46,316 nt of DNA from Rotaria socialis (Eukaryota): contig CAJNYD010000449.1 of NCBI GenBank assembly GCA_905331295.1, positions 372,001-418,316 of the forward strand. The letters run 5' to 3'. The position numbers were made by a program, and so were the translations under genes. The notes beneath the pieces were generated by a model, which was not told where the DNA came from, made no database searches, and worked only from the letters and a program-made list of their open reading frames with translations. This document shows, one piece after another, positions 11,292 through 24,892 of the stretch (the stretch's first letter is position 1; the number at the start of each line of letters is the position of its first letter).

Positions 11292-14037
11292 CTAATGCAT
11301 AAAATTCGATTGTACTGCCTGAACCATAGGCGAACCCATTGTTGAATACATTTGTTGAGGTTGTTGCATTGCTCCTTGTGATGGCCCAATTACTTGCCGA
11401 ATAATACGAACACCTTGAGGCTGAACAACATTCTTGAAAACAGCAATAATATTTTTAAAAAATAACTGAAATTTTTCGTTCTCATACATTCGTAAATAGA
11501 AAAAATAGTCTGTTGATGAAAACGATTCAAGTAAAAATAAACAATAGTTTTAGTTGCCAGACATGTATCTTTTTACAAAGCTCAATTTTCATGTAGGAGT
11601 GCTTTTCTTGTCTTTCAATTAAAATTAACCAAACTAATTTTCTTTGGATGAAATTTAGTTAATATCGGAATTAGATTAATTATCTTTTAGTGCACGATGA
11701 AAGCAAAGAAAGTCTATGAACCGTAAATTGGTTGTAAATGTAGTTATTTAATAGACAAGTATCTATCATCCTATATGTTTTCTTCAATGAAAAAAGGTAA
11801 ACTAACTTGTTGTGCAGCAAATATTGGCACTAATTGTTGCACCGCTTGCGATTGAGTTGTTGTTTGCTGCTGCTGTGGCACACAAACGAAAGTTGGTTGA
11901 TTCGTTGTTTGTTGCTGAGGCGCACAAACGAAAGCTGGTTGATTCGTTGTTTGTTGTTGAGGTGCACAAACAAAAGTTGGTTGATTTTGTCTGACAACTT
12001 CTCTGACTATTTGTCGACATGGAAGTTGCTGCTGTACTACTGGATATCCAGTAGGTCGACATACTTCACGTTTTACAAATACTTGGCGTGGTTGTTGTGT
12101 TTGAGGTAAATATTTTTCATAAATAATTGTTGGCGGCTTTGCAGGTGGAGCAGGATATCGTTCAACAATAACTGTAGTGTATTGTAAAATAAAACAACAA
12201 TATGATTCTATAAAATATAGTTTTACCCTGTCGAGGAAGAGAAATAGGTGGTATTCGTTTTTCTATAATTAAAGGTTGCCCGGTTGGAGGACATGGGGGC
12301 GGCTTTTCTCTTTAAAATTATTATATTTTGAAATTTGTTTTTAATAAGAATAATTTTTTACAAACCTGATAATAATCGGTGGTGGTGTTCTTGGACAAGG
12401 TGGCACTTGTCGACATACCAATGGTGGTTGAGTAGTTCCAGGAGCTTGGATCTCTGTCATTTGAATATAAATTTATTTTTATCAGAAAAACAGAAAATTT
12501 ACCTCGAATTATGATTGGTGCTGGTGGAGGTGGTGTTGGTGGTTGTAACCAACGTACCATTATATTTTGTTTATAAACTATTTCTTGATTGTTCTGCTTG
12601 TAGATCACTTGTGGATTAGTATTCCCAAATGACATATTTTGTGCATTAGTATTATCCGAAATCCCAAGAATGGGCGGCGAAGGTGGCCGCATCAATTGAG
12701 GGGATAATCTACTCATATATGGAATATTATTCAAAGAACTACTACTGTTGTTAAAAGTAATTGGAGTAGATCGTTGATTCTAAAATTTAAGACAAATATA
12801 TAAACATATGTACGTAACATTTCTTTAAAATGTTATCTTTAAAAGAATTTTAAATAACATTATTTTTCTTTTTTGTTTGTCTTGAAAATAAAGTACCTAC
12901 GAAACAGCATTTGCTTAGTCATCGAGCAATTAGTAAAGATGGAAAAAGCTGTATGCAACTGTTTTAAGGGGAAAAAAATAAGATGCATTATCAAATTACG
13001 TTTTTCATACACAGTAAATAATGTCATAATTGGCATGCATACATACTAGCAAACTGATGATAGTTTAATTTCTGAAAAAATAATGAACCTATAGAATAGG
13101 ATATTTATAGTATATCGTACCTTAGAAATAGTAATTCTAGTAATTTTATTTAATGCAATAAAAATCGAAAAAAGGAAAATCATAGCAAACTTACCATTGA
13201 TGTCGTTGACATAATTGGTATATCACTGATGCGTTGAGAATAGAATGGTGCTGGTTGACTAACAAGTTCTAAATTTGGATTTGCAAGAAGTCTTTGAATT
13301 ATTTCGTCTTGTCGTGGATCGTTATTGTATGAATTTATTGTTGTAGTTGGTGCTTGATGAACGAATGCCGACGATAATGATTGTTTATTATCATTCAAAA
13401 ATCCTTGTGATGATTGTAGCAAAGGACTGTCTCGTTTGATATCGACTGGTAAAGGTGAGCCACCCCTACCAGAAAATGGATGTAATGACGAATGACCTTG
13501 ATTCATTTGACCTTGTTGCTGTAGTTTTTGTTCGTGCAATTTAAAAGCACGCATAAGCTTCATAACTAGAAGGCAAGCATCATCAGCACTTTGTGTAACA
13601 AATATGTAGCATAGTGCATTATCGAAGCCATGGAAAACAGTAGCAAATATTGGTGGACCAACAATATAATGCGCGAAGCGATTAGCTAAATCAACATTTT
13701 CAAATTCTCGTCGATGAATTTGATCGAGATCACGTTGATCAGAAATATCATGACGCATACGTCTTAATGCACCACAATAAGCTAAATGTTCGGTTGGTAA
13801 ATGCAAAGTACGATTTTTTGTATCTAGTGGCTCAAATGTGAGAAATTCTCCTTGTTCATCAATTGATAATGAACCTTCTTGACCAAGTATATCTGCATCT
13901 TGTCGAGATAAATGTGAACGTAAAGTATCTTGAACAAGATCAGTACCATCTGACGTCGTATAAAATGTTAATGGTTCAACAGCAATGAATTGTACAAGTA
14001 TTGTTTTACGTTCAAGATCAGTAAAACGTGAAACCAT
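11292..14037 (-). CDS. Six-exon protein: N-terminal PTB/PH-like globular domain + proline-rich PIIIRE/PPxPxTPPP repeats + Q-rich tail
   Basis: Exons 14037-13195, 12779-12503, 12453-12366, 12309-12227, 12171-11807 and 11432-11292, all GT-AG with consistent phases. Spliced peptide includes VRWLQPPTPPPPAPIIIREIQAP...CPRTPPPIIIREKPPPCPP...LIIEKRIPP...PRQVIVERYPAPPAKPPTIIYEKYLP. The PTB-like call rests on 'LAYCGAL...PPIFATVF...LCYIFVTQSADDACLLVMKLMRAF' (inference). Confidence 0.85.
11861..11986 (-). repeat. Coding tandem repeat, 3 x 42 bp (NQP[TA]FVC[AV]PQQQ[TQ]T)
   Basis: Units start at 11986, 11944 and 11902 on the minus strand within exon 5. Confidence 0.9.
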
Positions 14038-14859
14038 TTTTGTGTCTTTATTCTTAATAAAGATAGACGATAAGTTTATTAGAATTTCAAATAATTTGAA
14101 TCATTAAAACATATCATCAAAATACATCAACTAGGAGAAGAATTTCTATCTGAACATCTGACCGACCATTATTCATCTTACTAGTTGGTCACGCTTCGAC
14201 ACACACACTTCAAAACCGTTGAAAGAGAAAAAATATCATTTGTTATCAATACAGTATGATCGAGACTCAATATGCGCAAGCGACAATCATTCCTCCTAGA
14301 TATACGTCTACGCGTATCACGCAGAGTAGACATCGAGCAAAACGGCAAGGTTAATGTACACTTATATTGAACATCATTCATCAAATATACAAACGAAAAG
14401 AGCAATTTTATGGCATATAAAACAAGCAAATTTTCTTACTCGTTGTTCATGTCACTTCTAGTTTTTAAACTCAAGTTAGAAATGATGATCGATGACTTCA
14501 ATTATCAATAGATGATCAATATTCTCTACATGTATGATAATATTCATACTATACAGTGACACATCGATTTTTTAGTTTCTTGCGTATTTATCTATTTGAA
14601 CGTCCTAGTTTTCAATATGATACAAAATAAATTATTTCTTTTTTCTTTGAACATATTAATTCAATGAGATTATCATATTTATTAAATTGTAAAAGTTAAT
14701 CGAGTTTTGTTTGAAGAATGCATAGCTGTTATTGACACTGTCTACCATCTTTGAAATGCTATACATTAGATATGACTAATTAACATAAAGATGAAATCAA
14801 AATTTTGATTCAATGATCAACACTGATCATTTTCAGCGTCATCGCATGAGTTCTTCTCA

Positions 14860-14959
14860 AGGAGGCAAAGCGAGACTTCCGTACTTCCCTTGTACTCTCA
14901 GATACTTTAATTTTACTTCGAAAGAATTTGAAGTACGGAAGTCTCGTTTTTCCTTCCTC
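14860..14959. repeat. ~100-bp inverted-repeat element (miniature MITE or hairpin)
   Basis: Perfect 17-bp inverted repeat CGAGACTTCCGTACTTC (14871-14887) / GAAGTACGGAAGTCTCG (14930-14946), extending imperfectly about 12 bp outward, with a 42-bp spacer. Confidence 0.75.
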
Positions 14960-15536
14960 GTAACAACCACAAGAAGTAAAAGTATTAGTAGAGAATTCAA
15001 TAACTATTATCGTATGTTCGGTGAAAACAATATTTACAATAAAAAATACAAGTTTATTGAGTAAACGAATCATGGAGTTGTCTTTCTATTCTCTTATCGG
15101 AAGTGTTGTGATAATATCAACATTACAAAATAGATAATGTTATTTTATTAAGTATCATTATTCAGATCTTTCTTTTCTTATGTTTGTTGGACATCTATTG
15201 TTATTTTGAGAAGAATATGCTTACATTGACAAGACATTTATGACAGAACTTTCAAAAAGACTAAATCATTGAGTTGTTAGAAAAGCTACTCCAGCTAGAA
15301 AGTGGTATTGTACTTATTTTATTACAAAGTTCAACTGAAACATATACTGGTAGGCCTTTTCATGGGAGTTTAATGATTAAAAAAGTATCAAATATTATTG
15401 AGTCTTCTTTTTTTTAAAAAGATTCCTTTATTACATACATTATATTTGCGCGATTGTGATGAAAAAAATTAACAAATTAATTTTATTTATTAGAATAAAC
15501 ACTTCGAATTTGTTTTCGGTTTTTGATACATATAAC

Positions 15537-15972
15537 TAGAGGTGTCACCCGAAGGGTTGAGCGACGGCGGCGGCCAACAATTTTCAATTTTTAAAGATTT
15601 CCAGCAGCTCGTTATTTGAATGAGTAATGTCTTCAACGACGGCTGCTACAAATTCTTGATTTTTTTCCACAGCGGCGGCGCCGGTTGATATTTACAAGTC
15701 CTTATATGACGGCGGCGGCTGAGTTAAAAATTCGCTGATGAAAATCAAAAGAAAAATGTTCGATTCGACCACATATGTATTGATGTCAGCGGCGGTGGAT
15801 GACGCTACGAAACATTTTTCTCTCTTGCAGCGGCGCAACGGCTAAACTTGTTTTTTCGCAGCGGCGGCTCCCCAAAAATTCTTAAAATTACCAGCAATTT
15901 GGTGGAGGCGGCGGCTTATATTATAGAAAACTCGGCTGCTGCGGCGGCTCAGCCGCACGGCTGACATCTCTA
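15537..15972. mobile_element. hAT-type MITE with GCGGCGGC internal motifs
   Basis: TIRs TAGAGGTGTCACCCG / CGGCTGACATCTCTA. Perfect 8-bp TSD CATATAAC (15529-15536, 15973-15980). About ten spaced (G)CGGCGGC motifs. Confidence 0.92.
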
Positions 15973-16367
15973 CATATAACAGATAATCGACTAGAAATGT
16001 GCTGTAGACGTCGAAACTACAATCATCGAAATTTTTCAAATGACTTCAAGTAAATTAGTACTCGCAGAATATTTATTCATGATTTGTTCTATTGGCGACA
16101 TCAAAGATGGCAATAAGCGACGAGTAATAAATGTTCTGTCTGAGAGTTAGTGGAAATTCCGTGAGATTGTTTACGATACAAGGAAGTAAAAATTGATTGC
16201 CATTGATTGCTTTCGAATTTTTGGCCATCAGCTAGTGGACTTCTGGTTGCTATTGATTGCTTTGCTTGCAATCAACTTTCTCTCCTCTTGATATAATCAT
16301 TGAATATACGATTTCCTGAAGTGTGATTGGTTGGGTGCACTATATTGGTTCTTTGGTTTTTTCTTAT

Positions 16368-16994
16368 GGGTTTAGGACAGTTGATCGCAGGACAGTTGGT
16401 CGCATAGCATAAATAAGAGGAATATATAGTGCAAAAAACAATTGAACATTATTTATTATTTTATAAATAATTAAATAGAGAACATTACAGAGAAATCCGA
16501 ACAATAAGACAACAAAATGTAAGAAGTAAAACAAAGTTTTCAATAGTGAATAAGACAGCAACCAAAAAACATTCATAGAGACCAAAGAATTTTTGTTACA
16601 GTTTTTCGATCAATTGTATACGAGCAACTGTTGTGTATTAATATTGGTGTATTTTTAGAAGTTTTTGTTAGAGTAGCAAACATTAATACTTTCGTAAAAT
16701 GACTTTTTTCAATTTTCAACAACTTATATACGCGTATATGTATACATGATTATCGTTAAATGAAAATAATCATTAGATTAATATGCTTCATTTGAGCAAT
16801 ATTGAATTAATTACATCACTAAGTCAATCATGATGATTATTCTTCCACACCAGATCAATTCATTGTATTAGTATTGTATGGTTATTATACTCATATTCCT
16901 CTTATTTACACTATACGACCAACTGTCCTACGACCAGCTGTCCGCGCGCAACTGTCCGGCGATCAAATGTCCTGCGACCAACTATCCGGATCCC
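16368..16994. mobile_element. Mutator(MULE)-like non-autonomous element with tandem 15-bp motifs in its TIRs
   Basis: Ends GGG...CCC. The motif GGACAGTTG(G/A)TCGCA occurs twice at the left end and about five times inverted at the right end. The TIR continues inward (TAAATAAGAGGAATAT / ATATTCCTCTTATTTA). Perfect 8-bp TSD TTTCTTAT (16360-16367, 16995-17002). Confidence 0.88.
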
Positions 16995-19433
16995 TTTCTT
17001 ATCCATCCAAATCGCTTTTTTGAATGAATCGCGCGCATTTCAGGTAAACTCATAAGGCACATAAATGAATACAAAGGCATCGATATACATCTATTGATAG
17101 TAGAAGAGGTAGCTCTTGCAAATTTTCGAGATGGATAGATTCGATAGAAAAAGAACAATGGGAGTACAAAAAATATTTGATATCCAGACAATGTTGTATA
17201 GTAATCAGACAAGTTCGGTTCTGTTACATAAAGAACTCTCTAGAAAACACATTATTCTGAACGAAAAACATTGACTTGTAATGATTTCTTTCGTATGCAT
17301 TAGCATTTTGAAGAGTTTTTTCAAAAACAATAATATACTAATATGTGTTGATATTAGTAGATAATAATAGTAAGCCAACTATAAGTGATTCATATATACG
17401 AACAAGAGTTCTTTGTCCCTTAGTTAGATGGTTTTTTTCTCTGTCGTGAACGTCTTTCATTATCGAGATTCATTTATCAACTTCTAACTTTTTTCGGTAA
17501 TGTTCTCTATAACCATAGAAAATAAAAATGTAAAAATACTACCGATGAAATTGATAATGAATATTAACATGGTTTGCCGTTTCTATATATATGCATCAAT
17601 ACATTGGAAAATCTATAATTTGGTGTTGCCAAATTTTTATTATTCTCATATTATACAATTGAATTAAACTTAATATTGTGTGAGTTCATTGCGTATTTTT
17701 TTATTTTTCATCTTAATCAAATCTTCCATATATAATTAAGTTGTTTTGATCTTTTATGCTAATATAATTGGGAATGAAGAGAAATAGCTAGACCTTATAA
17801 TTATCGGCAAACAAAAGATATTTAAAAAAATCAACGCAGCAGTTCGCTCAATTATTTATGCAATTTTGGTCGTCTTTGTTGTTTACTAATTAATCTGGAG
17901 TTTATCAGAAAATAATTTCTATCAGCTAGTTGGATAAATCAGAGTTTAATATGAAAAACTTTTTTTATCTGGAAGAAACTTACTATTTTTAATTTTATCA
18001 TTGTTTAATGTTGAAAACTATGTCTGCAATTCAGAAATGTTTTAGATTTTGGATTTTAGTTTTTACGATGCAATCCAATTATTGGCTCATTCAGATGTTT
18101 ATGATACTTATGTGTTTCTTCACGAAATGCTTGAAAGGAGAAAGGCATTCGTTATTACTTGACAGACAACTGATATTATTCTGCTAGTGATTTTATTTTT
18201 AACTTGATTGCTTATTCTATATGCGTATTCTTTTGTTGCTTTTTTTATTATTTAATCAAGCATCCTGACTGAGAAGTTATTTCTGTTGCTGTAGTATTCG
18301 TTTGAGAAACTTTGTTCCCCATATATAATGAATTACATGATTAACATTCTTCGGAGATCAATATGACAAAAATTCGAAAGTTCGTAGCATCATTATTTCT
18401 CGGTATTATAATATGAAAGAAAAAATTGATTTTGTACTCAAAAATCAAATTTTGATCACATCTAACACGTTGAATATAAAAGCAATGTCATAAACTTTAG
18501 TATTCACTATATATTTATTTTGTTCATAAAAAAATGAACAAAAAATGTTGAAACATGAGAAAATAAGCGTGATTGAAATATAGTCATCCAAGAAAACATA
18601 AGAACTATGGTAGACATTAGCATGATGTGCTGTTTTCATGATCTATTTAAATTTTCAAATATAGCATTCAAGTATAAATCTTTTAAAACTACGGCAATGA
18701 TACTCATATTTAAATCAGTTGAATTCTAAAATGATGACACTAGAAGATTATTAAGTTTTGTGTTTTTCCTATTTTTTTAATTGCAATTATTTCCACTACG
18801 AAGTATTATTGTTCATGGGAGTTAATTGAATCGAGTACGTCGCAAAATGGAGTTGTTTTTATTCAATACATAGTCTAGATCAACATTATAGAGAATAGTC
18901 TGTCGAAAAATATAGAAATCACTTCAAATATATATTTAAAATAAATAAGATTTTATTTTTGATTTCTTTTACTATTGTGAAATCAATAGAAATAATCTCA
19001 ATATTTATATTCACTCTTACAATCAATTATTTGAATATCTTTTCTTGTTTTGTAACAGTTTATGATCAATAAAACAATTGGTATAAACAACAAATAACAA
19101 TTATATTTATAGATATTCTGTGGAAATATTTGTCGACTTTTGGTGATATTCGATCATTAGAAATACGCATATTTTGCTGTCTTATTATTATTCATCGTTA
19201 ATATATTCAATAGATTGACTTGTAAGACTTCGAGCATTCTCTTGTATTCTATTTTTTATCATCGTATATGCTAGTTTTACTAGTGACAATAGATATGAAA
19301 CGATGTTCGGCATGCAAAAGAAAAATAATTTACATGTATATATATATATATATGCCTGTAGTTTTTCAGTTTTAGAGAGCATGCATGTGGCCATCAGAGA
19401 AAAGATAGAAACGCGTAGAAACAGAAATCTACT

Positions 19434-20516
19434 ATGATTAAAATGAACAACACTATCAATTGTCATAATAAGAGACGAGACATTGCTATGCGAATATCTA
19501 TTGATAGTTCGACAAAACCAATCGTATTATTATATAATAGAACACTAGAAAATGGCGTTCACGATTCCAATTCCAATATGAATATTATTCTTTTTATTGT
19601 GATGATATGTGTCAGTATTCCAAGTGTATTCATTAATCTATTTGCTATATATCGACTTCAAGCCAATACAAAATTAAGTGTTTTTGCTTTTCGTACAATT
19701 CTTCATGTTAGTCTATTTACAACATGTACGTGTGTGCCACTGTTTCTAATTGAATTATATTTTAATTCATATTTTCCATTACCACCATCAATATGTAAAA
19801 TATGGTTCATTGTTGATTATGCATCCACTATTTGTCTTGGTCTGTTAGTATGTTGGGCATCAATACAACGACATATACTTATATTTGGTCCAATTCATAT
19901 TAAAAAACTTCAATCAACATTGAAATATAAATTAATACCAAGTATTTTTGCTGTAGGTCTTCCATTATCATGGTATTCAATACTTGCCTTAACATGTGAA
20001 TTTGACAAGACATTAAATGAAAAGTTTCGATGTCATCCATGTTTTGAAAATGAAAAATTTGTTTTTCTAATTGATACTATTTTAAGCTTAATTTTACCAT
20101 TATTTGTTACTATATTAGTAACATTTGGTCTATTAATACGTATTATACGTTTGCGCCTTAGGATATTTCGTTTTCCATCAAAAAAATGGCGTCGTTGTAA
20201 ACGGTTAACACGCCAAATGGTATTATTTTCATTAATCTATTTAATTGGTCTTGTACCATATGTTTTAACAAGGCTAAATTCTTTATATAACTTTTGGCCA
20301 TCGATAAATTTACCTTGGTGCATACAAATAGCTGACACATTTACATATGTTCCTTGTTGTTTTTCGTCATTTTTAAGTATATATGCATTTCCAGAAATTT
20401 GGACGAATCAAAGAAATCGTCGTCATAAACATCATCATCATCATCTTCACAAAACAAAACGACGACATGAAACAATACCAGTTAGTGCATCTACAATATT
20501 AACAGCAATAGAATGA
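19434..20516 (+). CDS. Intronless divergent class A 7TM GPCR (360 aa)
   Basis: Seven hydrophobic segments. TM3 reads 'ICKIWFIVDY...WASIQRHILIF' (a DRY variant). ECL2 contains Cys, ICL3 is basic (KWRRCKRLTRQM), TM6 reads 'YLIGLVP', and the C-tail is His-rich. The start Met is uncertain. Confidence 0.9.
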   Translation: MIKMNNTINCHNKRRDIAMRISIDSSTKPIVLLYNRTLENGVHDSNSNMNIILFIVMICVSIPSVFINLFAIYRLQANTKLSVFAFRTILHVSLFTTCTCVPLFLIELYFNSYFPLPPSICKIWFIVDYASTICLGLLVCWASIQRHILIFGPIHIKKLQSTLKYKLIPSIFAVGLPLSWYSILALTCEFDKTLNEKFRCHPCFENEKFVFLIDTILSLILPLFVTILVTFGLLIRIIRLRLRIFRFPSKKWRRCKRLTRQMVLFSLIYLIGLVPYVLTRLNSLYNFWPSINLPWCIQIADTFTYVPCCFSSFLSIYAFPEIWTNQRNRRHKHHHHHLHKTKRRHETIPVSASTILTAIE

Positions 20517-20635
20517 AATTAAATCTAATTGTATGGAAAGTACACTAATAAAAATGAACATAAATAAATAATATTTTTTTTTTATAAAATAAAGAAAGCC
20601 AAAAAAAAATGCTTTTCATAATTTTCCGTTCATTA

Positions 20636-22234
20636 TCAAAACCAACGTCTAGTGCGATCCCAAACATAGAGTGATATTGCATTAAGTAAAAATGCTCGCG
20701 CAGCTATTGCAGTCCAACCACAATAAAAGCCATGAATACCGTTTTCTATTCGGTAAATTTCCACAAATGATTGATATAAATTTTTATTTGAAAAGCCCGC
20801 TTGTTGTTTACTTTTACATATATCAGCTGGACAAGCTAATGTCCAACTGATAACACCAACGGTTCCACCTGATATTAAACAGCTGATTAATTCACTATGT
20901 GTTGATGCATGTATAAAGGTCTTTAATGGATCGTATATCATCATATAAACGCCTACGTTAAAAACAGGTTTCTTATACAGTGAAAATTGCCAATATTATC
21001 TTGTAAACTATAGATAATAACTATTCAAAGTTTGATGAGTATATTTTTTGATGTAATCTTTCAAAATTTTGTTGCGAACACTAAAATTATGCGACATATG
21101 AATTCATGTTCACGGAGACATTGTATTCATATTAAGATCTAAAGATTATGTTCTCTTTTTGAGTTATCATAATTAACTATACATAGTTCTACTTTAACAT
21201 CCTGATATTGATTTGCAACTTTTGTATATTATTTAAAATAATTTCTTGTATTAACTTTAATTCCGTACATGAAATATTCTCATAATATATTTTTCTCTCC
21301 AATATTTATTGTTACTTTTCGGACAGTATTATTCTTAAAAGGAATATTTACAATGTTTGACAATAATTTTATTTACTATAATTAAAATGCTCTCATTGAT
21401 TCCCACACTTAGTAGTACACTATTACTTATTATTTGATAGAAATATTTTTCAAAATAACAATACTATTGTTATGATTCAGATAAAATTATTAACTCAGTA
21501 AGTTTGCTGAATTTTTGTTAAATACATTGCAGATATATAGATAGATAGATGAGAATTAAAAACACTTACCATAAGTAGGTGAATCTCGCCAAATAGTTGC
21601 GTGCAAACCACGTGTAAGACCTCGAACTCCTTCTGTTTTGATGATATGACGAAACAGTTGATAAACATTTGCTTCTTGTTGATGACCTTGAACAATATTT
21701 TTTTTTCTTTCTGAATTTTATCTCGAACTATTTACTTGTTGTTTGTAAACGAATTTTCAGCAGTTCAAGGAAACACGATGGAAATGCTTGTACAAAACCA
21801 CCAAAAGATCCAGCAATAAAATTGTGCAACAATGATATAGGCTTTCCACTATCAAGATCCGCTCCTAAGAAACGAAGACAACTTGCATATGAACCATAAA
21901 ATGATGTTTGAGATGCACATTGAAGAAATAATTGAGGTGGTAAGCCACGATAAAAACCTTTTATCTATACTTAATCAATTGTTTAAAACAGTGAAGAAGT
22001 AATTTAGTATACTCGCTTACTGAATTTAATTGAATAATTAAGTGAGCTGCTTTATGTATACTATGTGTAGAATGATATTGCATCATGACTTTAATCGTAT
22101 CAATTGGATGAACTACAACTGAACTTGTAATGCCTTTTGAAACAGAAATTTTGTTTTTCTAGACAAAACTTTACAAGTTTGATTTGAATTGATACTATCT
22201 TACCAGCTAACAATCCTGCCGCAAAATCCTTCAT
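20636..22234 (-). CDS. Mitochondrial carrier, SLC25A29/45/48-like
   Basis: Exons 22234-22204, 22133-22021, 21964-21736, 21686-21570 and 20952-20636. Three carrier repeats: HPIDTIKV...GFYRGL; FLELLKIRLQ...EGVRGLTRGL..TIWRD; CPADICKSKQQ...GFYCGW...RAF. Confidence 0.92.
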
Positions 22235-23165
22235 TGTCTTTTAGTTACTAAAAATGAAACAAATGATGCAGAGCTCTTTTGTTTTCAGATTGTATATTTC
22301 TTTTCAGACGCGCAGTCGTTTTCTATAGCTTATCTACTTTTTTTTGGCAATGCCTATTAAATTATCTATTTACTTATGCGACATTTGCGTTGAAGATAAA
22401 AATATGTCCTCTTGTATACAACACTAACAAAAACAACCAACACGAAAGAGAAAAACAACAGAATGTGGTTCATTCAACTGTTAAAAGATTGATAAAACTT
22501 TTTATGACAATTAATCAAGGCTTATTATTTTTTAATTTTTACTGAATCATAAAGAGAAAGTTATACTTTACATTCTCATTACAAAGTTTTCTTCAAGGTA
22601 AACAAAGCGACAAGCAAATGTCACAATCAAACAGATATACTATCAGGTTGATGCATTGATGCTCGAAGAAAAATACCTCGTTTATCTTTTTCGATTCAAC
22701 GTGAGAAAGTTAGCTAGAAATAGTGAATGATATCATTTTGAAGCATGTCTTAAATATTTCTATACAACCAAATTTTGAAACACAAAATCTTTTTATCTGT
22801 TTTCAAAGATCAAATCAGTCGAGAACTTTTCAACGGTGAGAAGCGTAAAGAGAAAGTATCCTTCATTTTAACATCTGAAAACTTTCACTTGTGAAAAATT
22901 CAATCCGACAAATGATCTCATCTATCAATAAAATATTCCTATTGAATTCTAGGGAAATATAATCAAGACGTTATGACAACAAACATTCACTACTGTTGCG
23001 AGCAGTTTTATTTCAATAATATGCAATTGAAAAAGACGAACAACACATAGAAGAAACTTTAATACGCATAGTAGACTCTCATATTTATAACTTGTATATT
23101 GATTTTTTTTCTAAAGCATAAGTTAAACAGTAAAAAATGAAGGATGGTCATCGTTGTGAAAAATA

Positions 23166-24523
<1,358 letters not shown>

Positions 24524-24732
24524 TCAGACTTTTAATACCAAGATAATGGCTTCTTGCTTTATGTTTTTATAAATAAGACTAGAAGGAAATTAATCTTCCA
24601 ATAGTAGAACGGAAGAAAGTCTCATCTACTTCCTTACCGAGTTTTACTTGATGTGTCACATTTTTCTCTTCCTTTCTTTGTTTTTTTTTGAAAAAAAAAG
24701 CTCAAAGTCTTCTACGTAGAACATAGAAATAT

Positions 24733-24746
24733 GTTACCATGGAGAT
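24733..24746 (-). promoter_or_regulatory. Candidate X-box (RFX binding site) in the PDE6D/malectin divergent promoter
   Basis: ATCTCC AT GGTAAC on the minus strand fits the ciliary X-box consensus RTHNYY WT RRNRAC. It lies about 95 bp upstream of the PDE6D 5'UTR donor. Confidence 0.6.
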
Positions 24747-24892
24747 AACTCTGCAATAAGCGTTACTTTTTTTCTACAAGCGACACCAGTCAATATATGA
24801 TTGGTTTATTTTATAAACCATTTATATTATTCAATATTTGTTGGTTGTTTATTTTATAATATTTTATTTTATTCATTTAGTTTTCTTTAAAA

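Noticed and set aside
16368..16994. CRISPR-like array from the 15-bp repeats
   Set aside because: The repeats are contiguous with no unique spacers, sit in inverted orientation at element ends, and the context is eukaryotic with no cas genes.
19434..20516. Horizontal gene transfer origin for intronless genes (this GPCR, PHF5A)
   Set aside because: Both belong to ordinary animal/eukaryotic families with host-like AT content; no clearly foreign gene was seen in the window.
21711..21735. 25-nt intron in the SLC25 gene using the first AG
   Set aside because: Too short; the in-frame acceptor at 21687 gives a typical 49-nt intron.
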